In this document: piece after piece, positions 49,751 to 64,000 of the stretch
Numbering within the stretch: the first letter of the stretch is position 1
Layout of the letters: each line of letters begins with the position of its first letter
Assembly: GCA_028534125.1 (NCBI GenBank)
Contig: CM052852.1
Span: 84,506,001-84,570,000 of the forward strand
Source: Lama glama
Taxonomy: Eukaryota
Direction: 5' to 3'
Length of the DNA: 64,000 bases
Program-made: the position numbers and the translations under genes
The notes under the pieces: generated by a model
Seen by the model: the letters and a program-made list of their open reading frames with translations, nothing else
What the model was told of the DNA's origin: nothing
Databases searched by the model: none

Positions 49751-52100
49751 AACTGAGTTTTGGGGTGGTGGTGGTAGGAGGGAGTGTTTGGTTTATCGTT
49801 TCAAACTCAAGGTTTCATATATATATTATATATACAAAAAACCCAACCTTACAAAACCAGGTCCAGAGTGTTTTTGGCTATTTGGATCCACCTTGACAAA
49901 GGTTGGTAAAAATTTAATAGGTGCAGTTAAACACAGGGCATGGCATCAAGAAGGCAGATTTGGAAAACTGATCCTTAGTCTCCTAAAGGGTCTGTTCTGA
50001 CTTCAGGATTTTAGTGCTTAGGATACACCTGCCCCCCACCCCGAACCTCAGCAACAAAGCAGCCTCTTCTCACTAGGGAAAGTGATTCCTTTTGCACTGT
50101 GCCGCCGATAATCAGAAACCCACATTTTCAGCCTCACGACCCGACTGGAAGAACAAAAGGCAGTCTCCTGACTTAACCCCAAGATCTGATTTAAAGAAGT
50201 GGAGGGAAAAAGCCCTTGACCATTCATTAACTGCAGTCATTTAAGGGGCAGAGAAAAATTCCTTGCAAAGAAAAAAAAAAAAGAACTTACAGCAGAGGCA
50301 TGTAAATTGGAACTGAATTCTACAACCACAGAGCAAATTAATTAAACCCTTGTGAAAATCCATGAAACAGCACTGGAGATTAACAATGTCTATTACTCTT
50401 GGCCTTTTATATCAGCTTATTAGAAATAAAGAATAAAATACCCATTAAAAATCAGGTTTAGATATAATTATATTCCTCTTCCCTCCAAAAAGTATCACTT
50501 AAAATAACTGAGGAAAATTGATTCAGAAATCCTACCAATTTCCACTCGGGTTTAATTTTGTTTCTTGAGTGATAACAAATGTAATTTGTAAAACACAGCA
50601 AGAACAGCAGCAACAGAAGTCCTCCTGGTTTAAGAGCACCTGGTTGAAGACATTAATTAAGCAAGCCAGAGGACAGGTTTGATATGAACCGGCAAACTCT
50701 CAGAAAAAAAATACACAGAAGAGTTGTATTTTAAGATGAGGATATGAGTTATAGTTTCTGCCAGAGACGTTAGAATAGAAAAGTGCACTTTATTCCTGAT
50801 GTGCCTGGAGAAAACTTAGCAAAACTAGATCACTGTCACCAGACATCTTGGGTACTGAATGGCAAAGGCTACTGGTCTGCACAGAGAACTCGTACAGGGA
50901 AAGTGAAAAGGCAAACCAACTTGTTGTTTAAATATGAATTTAGCAAAAATGGATTGCAAGCTTGACATTTGGGTGTGGGGGTGAGAGTGGGATTGAAAAA
51001 GAGAAAGAAAAAACATTAACTTGAGATCTGGAAATGCCATGGGATTTGTTTTCATGGGAAGTGAGCTTCAAGCAACAATTTCTCCCATGGCTCCTTTCTG
51101 GGCATGATGCGCTGTTTGTGTGCGTGTGTCTTTGCTGCTCTCATGCCTTCCCTTTCATGGGATTCTGCTTTTCTGTGTGCAAAAGATTTTTTCAGGTCTT
51201 CTAGCTTTGAGCTATTTCGCCTACAATTGTGCTGAAGTGCTTAATATTCACATCTTTTTTCCCCCTTGTGTCAGTGTTCGCAAGAATCTGTTGGAGCCAA
51301 TTTACTGATGCACTTTCAAACAGAGTTAATATGGTAATTAGCTCTCATGCAGACTAAAAAGCATTCCCCAACTCCACCCCCCACCCTCCCCCTTCCAAAC
51401 CCTTAGCAAATTGCATACATGTTCCCATGATGTGGACAAATAAGGGAAAAATAGGTGCTTACAAAGACACTCAATTTCTGCAATTATGCAAATGTGACTT
51501 GGGTCGGGGTGGAGGAAAATCCGAGAGTCTGTTTTGGGGAGCTGTTAGTCTGTGCGCACAGCCCCGCTAGCACTCAGCACCAAGAGCTTCAACACCGGCC
51601 ACTGATGCTTCAGGACTAACATATGCATTAAGCAGGCATCGAGGAAGTTGATGACTGGATATTTAAAATTAGCCCTAATGTGTCCTTTCCCACAAATCAT
51701 AATTAACCCTCTAGGGACCTGGCCACTTCACTTACACTGCTGTCTGGGTTCCAGTAATGGTTTTCACGGTCTTAGGTGTATGTGAGAACACTTACCTCTA
51801 AAATTATTAGGGCAGAAAAAGTCCTTCCATTCTCACCAGAGTAATCTGTTAGTGTTAAATCCTCTATAGAAACATCACCCCAAAATTTCCCCAATCAGAT
51901 TTCACCTGATCCAAATATCCAAGGGGGTATCTGGCTAGGGTGCAGAAGATTCGGTTACAGAGGAACAGATATGACACTTTAAAAGCTGCTCTCACAACTC
52001 AGTGGTGGCTGTATTTCAGCATTTATGTGGATACAAGTCTATGTGTAACTAAAACTGACCTTTAGGGGGAAAATGTCAAAAAGTCACTTTCTGGTTATTA

Positions 52101-52469
<369 letters not shown>

Positions 52470-52740
52470 CTAATTTGGGAGAAGAAAAAAGACAACAGTG
52501 GGGCACAGATAGACACAGAGATCACAAGTCTATCAAGCTGAAGGCTTGGCCAGGAATTTAAGAATGAGCTGTGATGGATCACATTTAGCAGGCCTGGCTT
52601 GCTTCCTGGAGAGGTGAAGGAGAGCAAGATTAGATAAAGGGGTATGCTGGGAAGAGGGGCGGGGAGGCAGGGATGAACACTCCACTTCCTTAAATAAGCA
52701 AGTTGCATATCACATGTACATATACTACTCTCACTCATTT

Positions 52741-52906
52741 TAGGTTTTACTTTTATTATTATTTAAAACATTTTGTTTGTTTTACCTTTAGTTTTGGGGG
52801 GGGTAATTTGGTTTTCTTTATCTATTTATTTTATCGGAAGTCCTGGGGCTTGAACCCATACTCTATCACTGAACCATACCCTCCCCCCAGAATTGTGATA
52901 GTGTTT
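52741..52906 (-). mobile_element. Vic-1-type SINE with internal deletion, in GPC4 intron 3
   Basis: Degenerate A box and B box ggttcaagcc; perfect 15-bp TSD tactctcactcattt at 52726-52740 and 52907-52921. Confidence 0.75.
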
Positions 52907-55900
52907 TACTCTCACTCATTTCAAACAGCTCAATTATTTCAAAGTCCTTTTACCAACAAATTTCCAGGATCAGCTATAAGAGGCAGCAGAGGTGACCCTG
53001 ACCTGCCACCACGCGTGGCCAGCTATGGGTCTCCCATCACTGTGTTTGCCTCGCTGTACTGAACACAAGTGCATTTTCTTTTCCAGCACAATGACTGCAA
53101 GACTGCCTTTTCCAAAGTAAGCCCCCAGTGATGGTTTAGAAGGGCACCTAGCGTGGATGCCCTTCTGTGGCAACAGCTGTACAGAAGGCAAAAATGAATG
53201 CATTGTACAGGGAAGAACAAGAATACATTTGAACTCGGGATTTTGTGAAGACCTTCCAAGGCTTGGGAGCAGTAAAGCAGAGGGCTCAGGGACACTGGTT
53301 GGAAGAAGTGGGAGGTAAATTCTGAAAGAGGAGTTAGATGTAAATGATCAATGAAAGGAGAAGACCCCAAGTCAGGGAAAATAAAATGAACAAAAGCTCC
53401 AAGGGAATGTGGCGAGCATGCCGGGGCATCTTAGAACGGGGTGGAGGAATGATAGGAAATGAGGTCGGCTGTGCAGAGGAAGGACTGTGGACGTGGTCAA
53501 AACGTACAGGGGCCTGAACACCTGGCAGAAACCAAGACCCCAAATGGCAGGACAAAGGAGGCCACTAACAGCCCATGGAGAAGGCGAACAGCCAGAAGAA
53601 AGCCAGCCATCCTCTGCAGAGCCATGAGGCGCAGGTTCATCTTTCTACTTCTACCAGGTGAAACTGTCTTGGGCATAGAAGAGCTGATTCCATTCTGTCA
53701 CTCATTTCCGTCAATGCTTAGAAAGGATCATGGCCAGGATCACAGGCTGGCAGCTAACCAAGAGTTCCTGTCTTCTCACTCTCTCTGCCCCACCCTTCTC
53801 CTCTGGAGTCAGTGTCAGAGGATTAGTGCATTCCTCTCCAGCAGTACCCAACAGGCTCTGCACATACAGACTTTTGAAAGCAGATAGCACCGCAGGGAAC
53901 AGATGCAGGGATGCTGGGCAGCCCAGCAGTGCACTTCACCTGCTCTGGAGGGTAACTTTGGATACCACGTATCAACAGTAGCCTTAGGAACAGGAATGCG
54001 GGATTAGCACCGTCAGGAGAAAAACTTAACACTGTTAGGCTCCTATCTGATGTACACACACACCCTCTTATCTCAAACAGAACTCTCTCCTAAAAGGGGG
54101 AGGAACAGCCACCAAGACGGTAATTGTGGCCACCGAAGCCAACATTCCCCATAGAGGAGGAGGGCTTTTGCACAGTTTTAACCCGCCCCAAATATCTTCC
54201 TAGGCATTAAATTAGTCCTTTTAACTATGTATTAATGTACAGTAAAATCTTGGTGAACCAACACCCTGGAGGAATAGCCATTCAGGACAGATTTCCTGGA
54301 CAGCTCAAAGAACACGCCTTTAAAGTCACAGAGAGTTAGGACTTTGATACTTTTCCACCTCCTCATTTTACAGATGAGCAAACAAGCCTGCAGAGGGGAG
54401 GTGGCCAGAAAAGGGGCCCTAGAGATCACGCTCACATTTAAGAGCTAAACCAAAGCCAAAGGGATTAACTAACTTGGAGGCAGTCACCTTGCTGCATTCT
54501 ATTTGAAGGTCCACATTGGTGAGACTGCTAAAATGGTTAGATTTTTAGAGAGGTGAAGAGTTACTGAAAGCCAGGCTAGTACATGGCATTTTTTGATTAC
54601 TATGCCTATTAGAAACAATGCTCTTGCAAGAAAACATGCAGAAAGCTCAAATGTCAACAAACAGTTATGGAGCACCTGGTACGTGCCAGGGATTACTCTG
54701 GCCATGTATCTGTAATTATGTAGCTAGGCAAGAAGGAATTTCTAGGTTAGAATATGAACCCGTTCTAGAAAAAAAAGAGGTTTCAAAATGGTATAGACCT
54801 TTAGGAAACAAGCCAACATTTTAAACCCCACAATTCTATTTGAGAAACATTTTCTCCCCCAAATTAGTCCTTTCTCCTTCTTTCTCCTTTTTAACCCTAG
54901 GATGGGGTTCACTGTATTCTTGGTTTGACTGTAAGTCAAATCATTCATGCAGTAGACCTGGTAATAGCACATTCTCCTAAAAAAGGTTGATGGAGATTCA
55001 AGTTTTACAAATAGAGACCAAATCAAATGACACAAGAGGGTTTTATTAAAGGAAGATCAGGAAGCTGGGTTTGGCAGAGATTTTCCCATTTCATTCTTTG
55101 GCTAAGTACTGGCTCATGTTCTGCACATGATTGGTTGTGTAACTACCAAGAATAATCATAAAGAACTCAGCTATAACACGCTATAGAGACACTAAATAAT
55201 ACCAGAACTGAGGAGGGAGATGGGGAAGTTATAAGAAAACTGGGATGAGAAAGGACACACAAAATACCAAAGTTAGAGAAAAATCTGTCTTTCGTCCCAA
55301 CCACGAATCAGACCACCACGCAGTATTTTATATGAAGGGAATTCCGAACCTGGGAAATAAACCCCTTGCGTGGGATGAGGCCCTGGTATTAAGAGGAGGG
55401 TTTTAAAAACAGTCATGAGAACTAAAGACATAGGGGTTCCCTGTGTTGCTCATTCCCCCAGAAAAAATGCCAATAATGAGACTGCTCCCCAAGCCTTGGG
55501 TGACCACTCTCAGGGGACAGCACTCAGGATGGGGAACCCAGAGTGCTAAGGACCAGCTCTACCTGCTGACTCTGGATGCCCCAATGGACAAACAAAATGG
55601 CTGCCTCTCTTTTGGCATCTTCCAGGGCTTCTCCACAAGAAGCAAGGTAGGTTGGTAAAAGAGCCAAAGGAATACCACTGCCACAGGGAAGAAAAAGAAC
55701 AACAGTATACATGACTTCGATTCAAATTCTCTTGTGGAGTTTCTGGTGAAATCTAGCATCTCCTCAATCCAGTGGTGGATCTTGCTGTCACATCGTGATA
55801 TACCAGGCCCTGTGGGAGCTCCGTTACATGCTCTCAGTGGTCTCTCTACCCTACCAGGGGCAAACCTTTCACCCATCAACGAATGTTACAGTGGCCTAAG

Positions 55901-56611
55901 TCATATGTTGTTCTGGAGACTTACTAATTTTGAATATAAATTCAAGTTTATTCATATTCTACTCTCTCATAACACTCAAAATCAATTCCTTCTCTCGAGT
56001 CCCGAAATAACTTTATCTACTGAAGTGATTTACTCTAGAAGACCCAAGACTGAGTGGTAGATCATGCCACATGGGGATCAATGAAAGGGGTAACCATACT
56101 CTAAAGTCTTCCTTTAATCCGCAGTTACGTATTGATTCTCAGTGGCATGGCATGACACTTAAAAGGATCAATCTGATTATTCCTTTGGGTCACAGCTGTT
56201 GACCAATGTTTGATATGTTTTCCTTTTATTTAGAAGGGTCTCTGTTGAGCCCAGATGTCAGTAACTTCCAGAAACCTTGGGGCTGGGCTAGGAGTCAGGG
56301 TGGGGGTTAGCTATGATGGCTTTTATTAAATTCAGAATTTCCAGACCTCTCTTAGAGATTAAATCGTTATTTCTCAAAATGATATTTAGAAAGAACAGGG
56401 GAAGGACAGCTGTATACTCCTCCCTTCCTCCTTTGAACCACTAACATAAAGAATAGATTAATGGCCTCAGAGAGAAAATGCTTATTTAGTTTCTATGGTT
56501 TCATGATCATGAAGGTCTTGATGTGAACTCAACGTTCAAGAGAAAAACATTCTGCCCACATCAGAATTAACTTTCTACTGAGAGCTTTTACTGGATTTTA
56601 TTGATTTATAT

Positions 56612-56812
56612 GATATAGAGTACTTACTACGTGCCAGGCTCTGTTCTAAGTACTTTACATGTATTAACTCATTGAAGCTTCAAACTAATTATTGGAGAGG
56701 AATGTCCTTTCATTTCACAGATGAGGAAGCAGAGGTCCAAAGAAATTAAGGGACTCACACCAGATCTTACAACAAAGAGCCAAGACTTGAACTCAGGCAG
56801 TTTGGTCTTAGA
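56612..56812 (-). mobile_element. MIR SINE relic in GPC4 intron 3
   Basis: acttactacgtgccaggc.ctgttctaag...catttcacagatgaggaagcagagg...gacttgaactcaggcagt. Confidence 0.7.
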
Positions 56813-59800
56813 GCAGACAGATTCAATTTCCTTAACATGTACCTGGCTTCCTTTGAGTAACAGACTGCCAAGAACCTTGAGGGCAGCACACGGGGCTGGT
56901 CCCTCTTCATAGCTCCGAGACCTAGCGCTGGGTGTCCTCGCACAGTGAAGCCTCAGCCACGAGGCTGAGTATTTTCTAGTGAGAATTTACAGTTTTCAAA
57001 TTTGTGGACCACATGAACGAGTTTTTATGCTGGAGGGCAAGTCAGGATGCAACTATTCTACATGGAACAATATTTGCCTGGACAGCTTGGATGAGATGAC
57101 ATATTGTTTAGTAAACAACAACTTTAGTAACTTAGGCAGTCAATGCTATGTCCTTAGAATGGCTCAAGATGCTATAGGGGTGAGAAAAAATATATATAAA
57201 TCACCATCACTCACTAGCCCTAGTCACAAAGAATTCAAAAGCTCAACTAAACACTGGACCTGGAGAGAAGAGTTTACTTGAATGAAGCAGAAAATGATAC
57301 ATATTTTACAGAAGTTTTCACATTTTGAAAAAAAAATGCAGGCCCTAAGTGCAGGAGAGATTATCTATTTCTACTAGAAAGTGGAATATTATTTATATAA
57401 GAGAACGGTTTTGACATTATTTATGAAGGACTAGAGATGGCTTGATTTGTTTACTTTGGGGGGCCAGTATGACAGAAAGGGAAGATCACGTGGACTCAAT
57501 ATTCCTGCAAAGTCCTTTTTCTGCAAAGACTCTCTTAATATAGATCAAGACTTTCTACCAAATAACCTGCATTTTCCAAACACCACATTAAAAACTACCG
57601 CACACAGCCTGAAAAAAAGGGCAACGCTGGAGAACTCTTCACACAGCCTGGGTTTCATTTCAGTAATTCAGAACGAGCCTTAAGCCACATCACACAGTGA
57701 TGGCAGGCAACAGGCGGCACTGAAGTTAAAAACTCCTTTTAGTTTATTCCAGTTCCTAACATACACTCGCTGCAACCCCTTTTTCCCCCCTTGTGCTGCC
57801 AATAGGACCTAACAAACAGAAAACGTCTAGATTTTATCTGTTGCTTGGTAACATAAGCACCCAATAAAAATAACAGGAAATCGTTCCCAAAATTATGGTA
57901 AAAGAGAGAGATAGGGCACTGAAACATCCCGGGGGATGTGAAGCATTTATTCAACAACTTCTGAACTAGGGCTGACTTCAACATGCATGCACACAAGGAA
58001 AGAAGGCGGAGATTCCCTAATTCCCTGATAATAGAATTTTAAAGATATAAGGGAATATATAAAACAAGCTAGGATTTATTCAGGAATATGTGGAGCTACG
58101 TTGTAGATAAAATTGAAGCTGCATAAATGCTTGAAAATGTCTCGTTTTGTTTTAAATTAGACTCAGGTATGACCTAGAAGTCAAAGTATCACTGTATTGG
58201 CCCCCTTGTAGAGGGCTCTATTATTGTTTTGAGAGTATGTAGTCTCCAGTTATTCTGTCCTTGACACTTCCCACACTCCTTCCATCCCCATCTCCACCCT
58301 CACAACACATATATATACATACATACATATACACACATACACCCCACACCTCCCACCTTCCTGTTTGCAATTCTAGTCCTTAAGGTTCTGAGTCAAAAAG
58401 AATATTAAGGGTAGAATAGGTATCTACACTTAAAAGCTTTTTGTATTGACCATTTAATAGACATTTACAATGATTTAGGGAAATGGCGAAATAATCTGTG
58501 TAGTACTCTTGTGGGTGTCAGGGCATTACGAATTAGACAGAAATGAAGGGGGAGCAATGGAAATCATTCTCAAGGCAGGACAGTCATTTAGACATCACAG
58601 TGCTAAGGCACCGATTTCTAATTATAGTCCCTGCAGTCTGGGGTGGGGTGTAGACATAGCCCCATTATGTCAGTGTTAATTGAAACCATGAGAATGCAAC
58701 TCTCTTTGGCGGAGGAGCTATTAATTTTCACGGTGCATGTAACCACTTGTGCATTTCTGAAAGACCACAACAGACTTCACCCTTCCAGGCAAAACTGCTG
58801 CCACACGCAGGTAAATAAGAAATGTATCATGAACCATGACAAGTAAAGATGGAATAAGTAATACAAAGATGTGCAGCACCAGAGTATTCTGAAACCATCT
58901 GTTCCTAATTAAAGGGACTTTTCTAAAGTTTGAACTGCAAGGTTCAGTGGGGTAAGCTGAAATCACTGGATGTCTGTGCCCAGAAAAACTGAAGCAAGGC
59001 AAGTATACTTCAACTAAGAAGCGACTTTCTCTCTTGAAGTTAAGCTTGCTGGTGCTAATGGCCTTTAAAAAGCTTAGTGATAATCAAACCATTACTCAAC
59101 ATATAACCGCAACCCTTTTGCTGCAAAAGTAAACTGGGAAAGCAGGGAATCCACTCACCAAGAGAAAGTGGGAACGTCTCTGAGTTAAGTAGGCAATAAC
59201 TCACCCCAAGACCACAATGGTTTTCATATTTGACTTTAAAGACCTCTTTGTAGATGAAGTGGGTGAGGTGGTTCTCTTTAATTAGGAACTACAGTCTCCA
59301 TCCTGAAAGGTCTTTTTCAGGCCCAGGGTAATTAATTAACCCTACTGGACACTGAAAGAAGGAACATTTATTTCTTGTCCTGCTCTAGTTCCACCTGCAA
59401 ACGACACGTGGACAACAGTTGGCAGGGGTGGGAATCCATATGAAAAAAAACATTGCTTGGGTCCCCAAACTGCTAGAGCTTATTTTATTAATCAAATGTA
59501 GATCTCTCAACATGTTCAATTTGAAATATGTGATCCATAGTCAGGTCATTCATTGTCTTCCTCACACCACTGTCCCTTTTGTGCCCTAAAACAAAACTTC
59601 TGTTTAACTGGTAGTCATACTCCAACAACTACTGCAATGAGTATTTTTTCAAATGTGCAAGTATTCTTTTGCATACTGCTAAAAGGAGACATTACGTAGA
59701 TGACCGACTGTTACATAATTGGTGTTTTGGCACCTTTAGACACTGATTTGATGTTTGAGTGTCTTATTATTATGTCATTTAGATATAACTCAACTTAGTC

Positions 59801-61189
59801 GAAGGGTTTGATTGCAAGTCAGTCCTGAAGTCGAGAAGAATCTCAGTAGTGAAGCAAAACATTATTTTTCGAAGTTTCCAATTACAAACACAACATTTAA
59901 AATACTCATACACTAATACTCTCCACTAAGCAACCAGCAAGTAAAGGGAGCCCTATAGCTTGTATTCATTGTATTCTTATTTAATGATGCAAATATCTCT
60001 TAGGTGGATATGAGCATACAGGGAATATAGAATAGGGATCAACTGTCAAAAAATGTAGGGTCATATTTAGAGAGCAGCTTTCTCAAACAACTTGACAAAC
60101 CTAAGGTACACAGAAATTTCTTTCTTGCTTTATAAAAATTCATACCAAAAGCAACATTGGAAATTGTGATGATTTCATTTTGGGTCACATACCCTTTACT
60201 GCATAGCAAGGAAGCACTGTCAATCTTCTTCATTTCTCGCAGTTGAATTCTGAGAACCATGTCAGGCAGAATGCAACATACAACTGCTTATTTCTCCCTA
60301 TCTTGGGAGGGGGGTATTCTTGACATGGACTATGGCAAGCCTTCTAGCCCTCTTAGACCCTGCAGTGAATCTTCCAACCTGGAAGGAAGTCTCTAAAGGG
60401 CTTCCTTGTTTCAACCACTGCCTTCCCCCTCCCATTAGGGGTTCTGGAATCTCAGTTCTCTAAAGGGGCCCCAACCTTGCCAAGTGAGGCTAACACAAGG
60501 CAGGCTTGAGTCAGCCTGGTCCTTCTCAAAGGGAGGAGGGGATGCTTAAGTAAAGAGACTACCTTCAAACACTTGCAAAGAAAGGGATTTCGAGTCCTTG
60601 CCTTTCTTTTTGGCACCAGTGTGCATACATGTACACAAACACACAGATGTTCAAACCACACAGCAGAGCCTTTCTGCCTATTCAGCTAAGGATAAATGCG
60701 AGGAATTGTTGAAGGAGGGCAGATGTGTTAGGGGAACTATGTATGATGTAGTTAACTTTGATCTGGATTAACTGTGCACTGTTTAGGGACTCTGACATGA
60801 GCATCTCCAAGGTTAATCATGGTTGATGAGGCTGGCATCAGATTCAGGCATCAGATTCCTTAATTATTACTCCTTTAATTATAACCACCATCTCCCCACT
60901 TGCTCCCACCTGCCCCTCATACGCCAATACTTTTTTTTTTGCAGATTACAATGGAAATATCAGGAGGAAAAGGAGTGAACAAAACATGCTGTAAAGAATT
61001 GTTTCCTGATAGTTTATGGCCAGGAGCTGAATGAGAACAAACAAAACTGTAACAGTGAGTGCCACCAATCAGCTAATACTTCTATCAGCCAATTCTAACA
61101 GGAAACATCAAGAAGCACCTAATTTTCATAACACACACTTCTTTGGAATCTTTATCTTCATGCTGGTAAATATATGTTTCCTCTCTAAC

Positions 61190-61319
61190 TAGGGTGACCA
61201 TGAATCCTGGTCTGCCCAAGATAGTCCTGGTTGCTTATTAAAAAACAGTGGCACATATTGTGGGGATGCTTGTTATTAAGCACTTCCTGGTTTGAGCAAT
61301 AAATTACATGGTGACCCTA
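61190..61319. mobile_element. MER94-like hAT-Blackjack MITE
   Basis: Terminal inverted repeats tagggtgacca ... tggtgacccta, ~130 bp. Confidence 0.65.
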
Positions 61320-61671
61320 ACTCTACATGAACTCTCTAACAGGCAATCAGATGGATACTTCAGTGTTGGCATCGCTGTCCAGATTTCCTCCAGGCCTCAA
61401 AACAACCTAAGCAGAAGGTGCTGTACTTATGTGTCTGGACTTTTTAGCAATGGACTCAAATTTGGCTTTTCCTTTGAGGACCTAATGGAACAGCACTAAG
61501 ATCAGTCAGGCAAAGTTAACTTTGCTCCAGAATATTCTATTTCTTCACTGGTACTGAGTCACAGAAGGGTAGGCCTTTTCAAGAAGTTTTCAAATTTTGT
61601 CTTTGGTAGGGTGGGGAGTGAAGGAGCCACAGAAACTTTTCCCCCTTGAAATCTTGCTCAAAACCCTACTA

Positions 61672-62080
61672 AAATACTGACTACTACATAAAAAATAAAC
61701 AAGTTTCTTCTATATAGCACAGGGAACTAACTATATTCAATATCTTGTAGTAACCTATAATGAAAAAGAATATGAAAATGAGTATATATTTGTATATATA
61801 TGACTGAAACATTATGCTGCACACCAGAAATTGACACAACATTGTAAACTGACTATACTTCAATTAAAAAAATGGAAAAAAGTAATAAAAAAATTCGATA
61901 AACAAGGACCTACTGGGACCTCCTATAGCAGAGGGAACTATATTCAATTTCTTATAATAAGCTATAATGGAAAAGAATCTGAAAATATATATGTATATGT
62001 ACAACTGAATTGCTTTGCTGTACACCTGAAACCAACACTGTAAATCAACTACACTTCAATAAAAAACAAAGGTAAAAAAA
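61672..62080 (+). mobile_element. Two tandem/nested LINE-1 3'-end fragments in GPC4 intron 3
   Basis: Two successive copies of gggaactatattcaat...tgtaaa.(c/t)..cta.acttcaat plus A tail (61672-61895, 61896-62080); flanked by aaa.ccctacta-like direct repeats. Confidence 0.85.
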
Positions 62081-62586
62081 GCCCCTACTACATAAAAGTG
62101 AGAAAAGCCAAGCTTCTTTGGTGCAGCCAGGAGGTCAAGGCACAGATGAATGTCTCATCCACTAGAAGAACCTGTATCTCCCTTGCCCGTCCTCAAGGAG
62201 GGCCCTGAAACACCCCCTTAGCTGGCTCCAGAGAACTCAAGTCGGAAAACTACTGGTTTAGTCCCATTCCTTTCATTTACAAATGGGGAAAATGTGGTTC
62301 ATTTCATCTGCTCTTTCCCACGTATTACAATTTGATTCTCTCTCCTGGTAATTCTGCAAGCAAAGCCCTTAGTCGAGAGCAGGTGGTCCACATTAATTGC
62401 CATAGAAAGCTCTGTCTTCTAAAGGGCCCTGAGCACACCTTATAACAAGAAAACAAATACTTTTCTAGACTGTAACTAGCAGACTCAAACAGAGTCACTC
62501 AAAACAACCAAATGTGGAGCCTATCTGTATCTGTTTCTTTCTCCGGAGGAAAAGTAGAATAGGAGATGAAAAAAATATGGAGTTTT

Positions 62587-62682
62587 TTTTTTTAATTGAA
62601 GTATAGTGAGTTACAATGTGTCAATCTCTGGTGTACAGCATAATGTCCCAGTTGTGCATATACATATAATCATTGTCATATT
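62587..62682 (-). mobile_element. Short LINE-1 3'-end fragment in GPC4 intron 3 (sense to GPC4)
   Basis: T-run then aattgaagtatagt.agttacaatgtgtcaat.tctggtgtacagc; TSD aaaa(t/c)atggagtttt at 62572-62586 and 62683-62697. Confidence 0.85.
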
Positions 62683-62919
62683 AAAACATGGAGTTTTAAA
62701 TCTATTTTTAAAATTCAGGTTCCAAAGTGAACATATATCCTGCTTCTAATAGCTACCAAGGAAATCACTGAAAAGAATGATGGTGACATATGAAGATGTC
62801 CATCACAGTTCTGTTTATAACCATATAATGCACACGCATCAAGACAAAGTGTAGGAGAGAAGAGAGGGGAAAGATAGAACAGAAAAGAAAGAGGACTGTT
62901 ACTGAGGCAATGAATTCTA

Positions 62920-63465
<546 letters not shown>

Positions 63466-64000
63466 TCACGTACATTTGAAAACTGGGGGAAAAAATCATG
63501 AAATTAAATTGGAAAACATGCTTGTTTCTGGGGAATTTGGCAGCTCTGATGGTTTGACAATGAAAGGAAACCTATGTCACAAAGTCACTTACATATGTAT
63601 CTATGTCTAAGGCGGGGGGGGAATGAAATTTTAAACCAGTGACTTCTCAGGAACCAATATAAAACTGTGTCCCCATCCCTTCCCTGTTCCCTCTGTCCCT
63701 CTCTCCTTCAGTCACAAGGTAAAGAACTGGATAAAAATGAATGCCAAAAACACAAGGTTTCCCAGAACTTTTCACAAGAATCTGAACCAAAGTTATTAAT
63801 GCCTTCTAACTGTAACCTGGTCCCAGGACAAGTGTTCTCGGTGTTCTCCAAAGGTGCTGTTTTACTTAGACATGATTGTTTTTTCTTTTCCCCTCCTTAC
63901 ATCTACATGACATATCAGAAAACTGCCTGGGAAATGCTTGAGGCCAAGAAACATGATGAAACACTCCCCACAATCAAGAAAATAAGTTCTCAGATGTTCC

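Overview
Mammalian genomic DNA, almost certainly a camelid (camel/alpaca), judged from five copies or fragments of a tRNA-derived SINE of the camelid Vic-1 type. The right third (45443-63395, minus strand) holds coding exons 3-9 of glypican-4 (GPC4, X-linked in eutherians). All have canonical GT-AG junctions, and their lengths (392/166/131/147/137/176/203 nt) join into one open frame; exons 1-2 lie beyond the right edge. A 3' UTR with candidate proximal, distal and far-distal poly(A) signals follows. The left ~40 kb is gene-free downstream DNA made of L1, Vic-1-type SINE, MIR, L2, CR1/L3, MaLR/ERV LTR and hAT MITE relics, microsatellites and a few CpG/motif-rich candidate enhancers. There are six N-runs in total. 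I see no prokaryotic, viral, CRISPR or other foreign system, and almost all ORF-track ORFs are spurious. The best leads are modest: a helically phased triple CACGTG E-box cluster, possible truncated GPC4 isoforms (intron-3 read-through with an L1-donated poly(A) signal; retention of the last intron), a possibly extended 3' UTR, and a 25-nt L1 micro-insertion with a perfect 12-bp TSD. Repeat family names come from recalled consensus sequences, not a database search.
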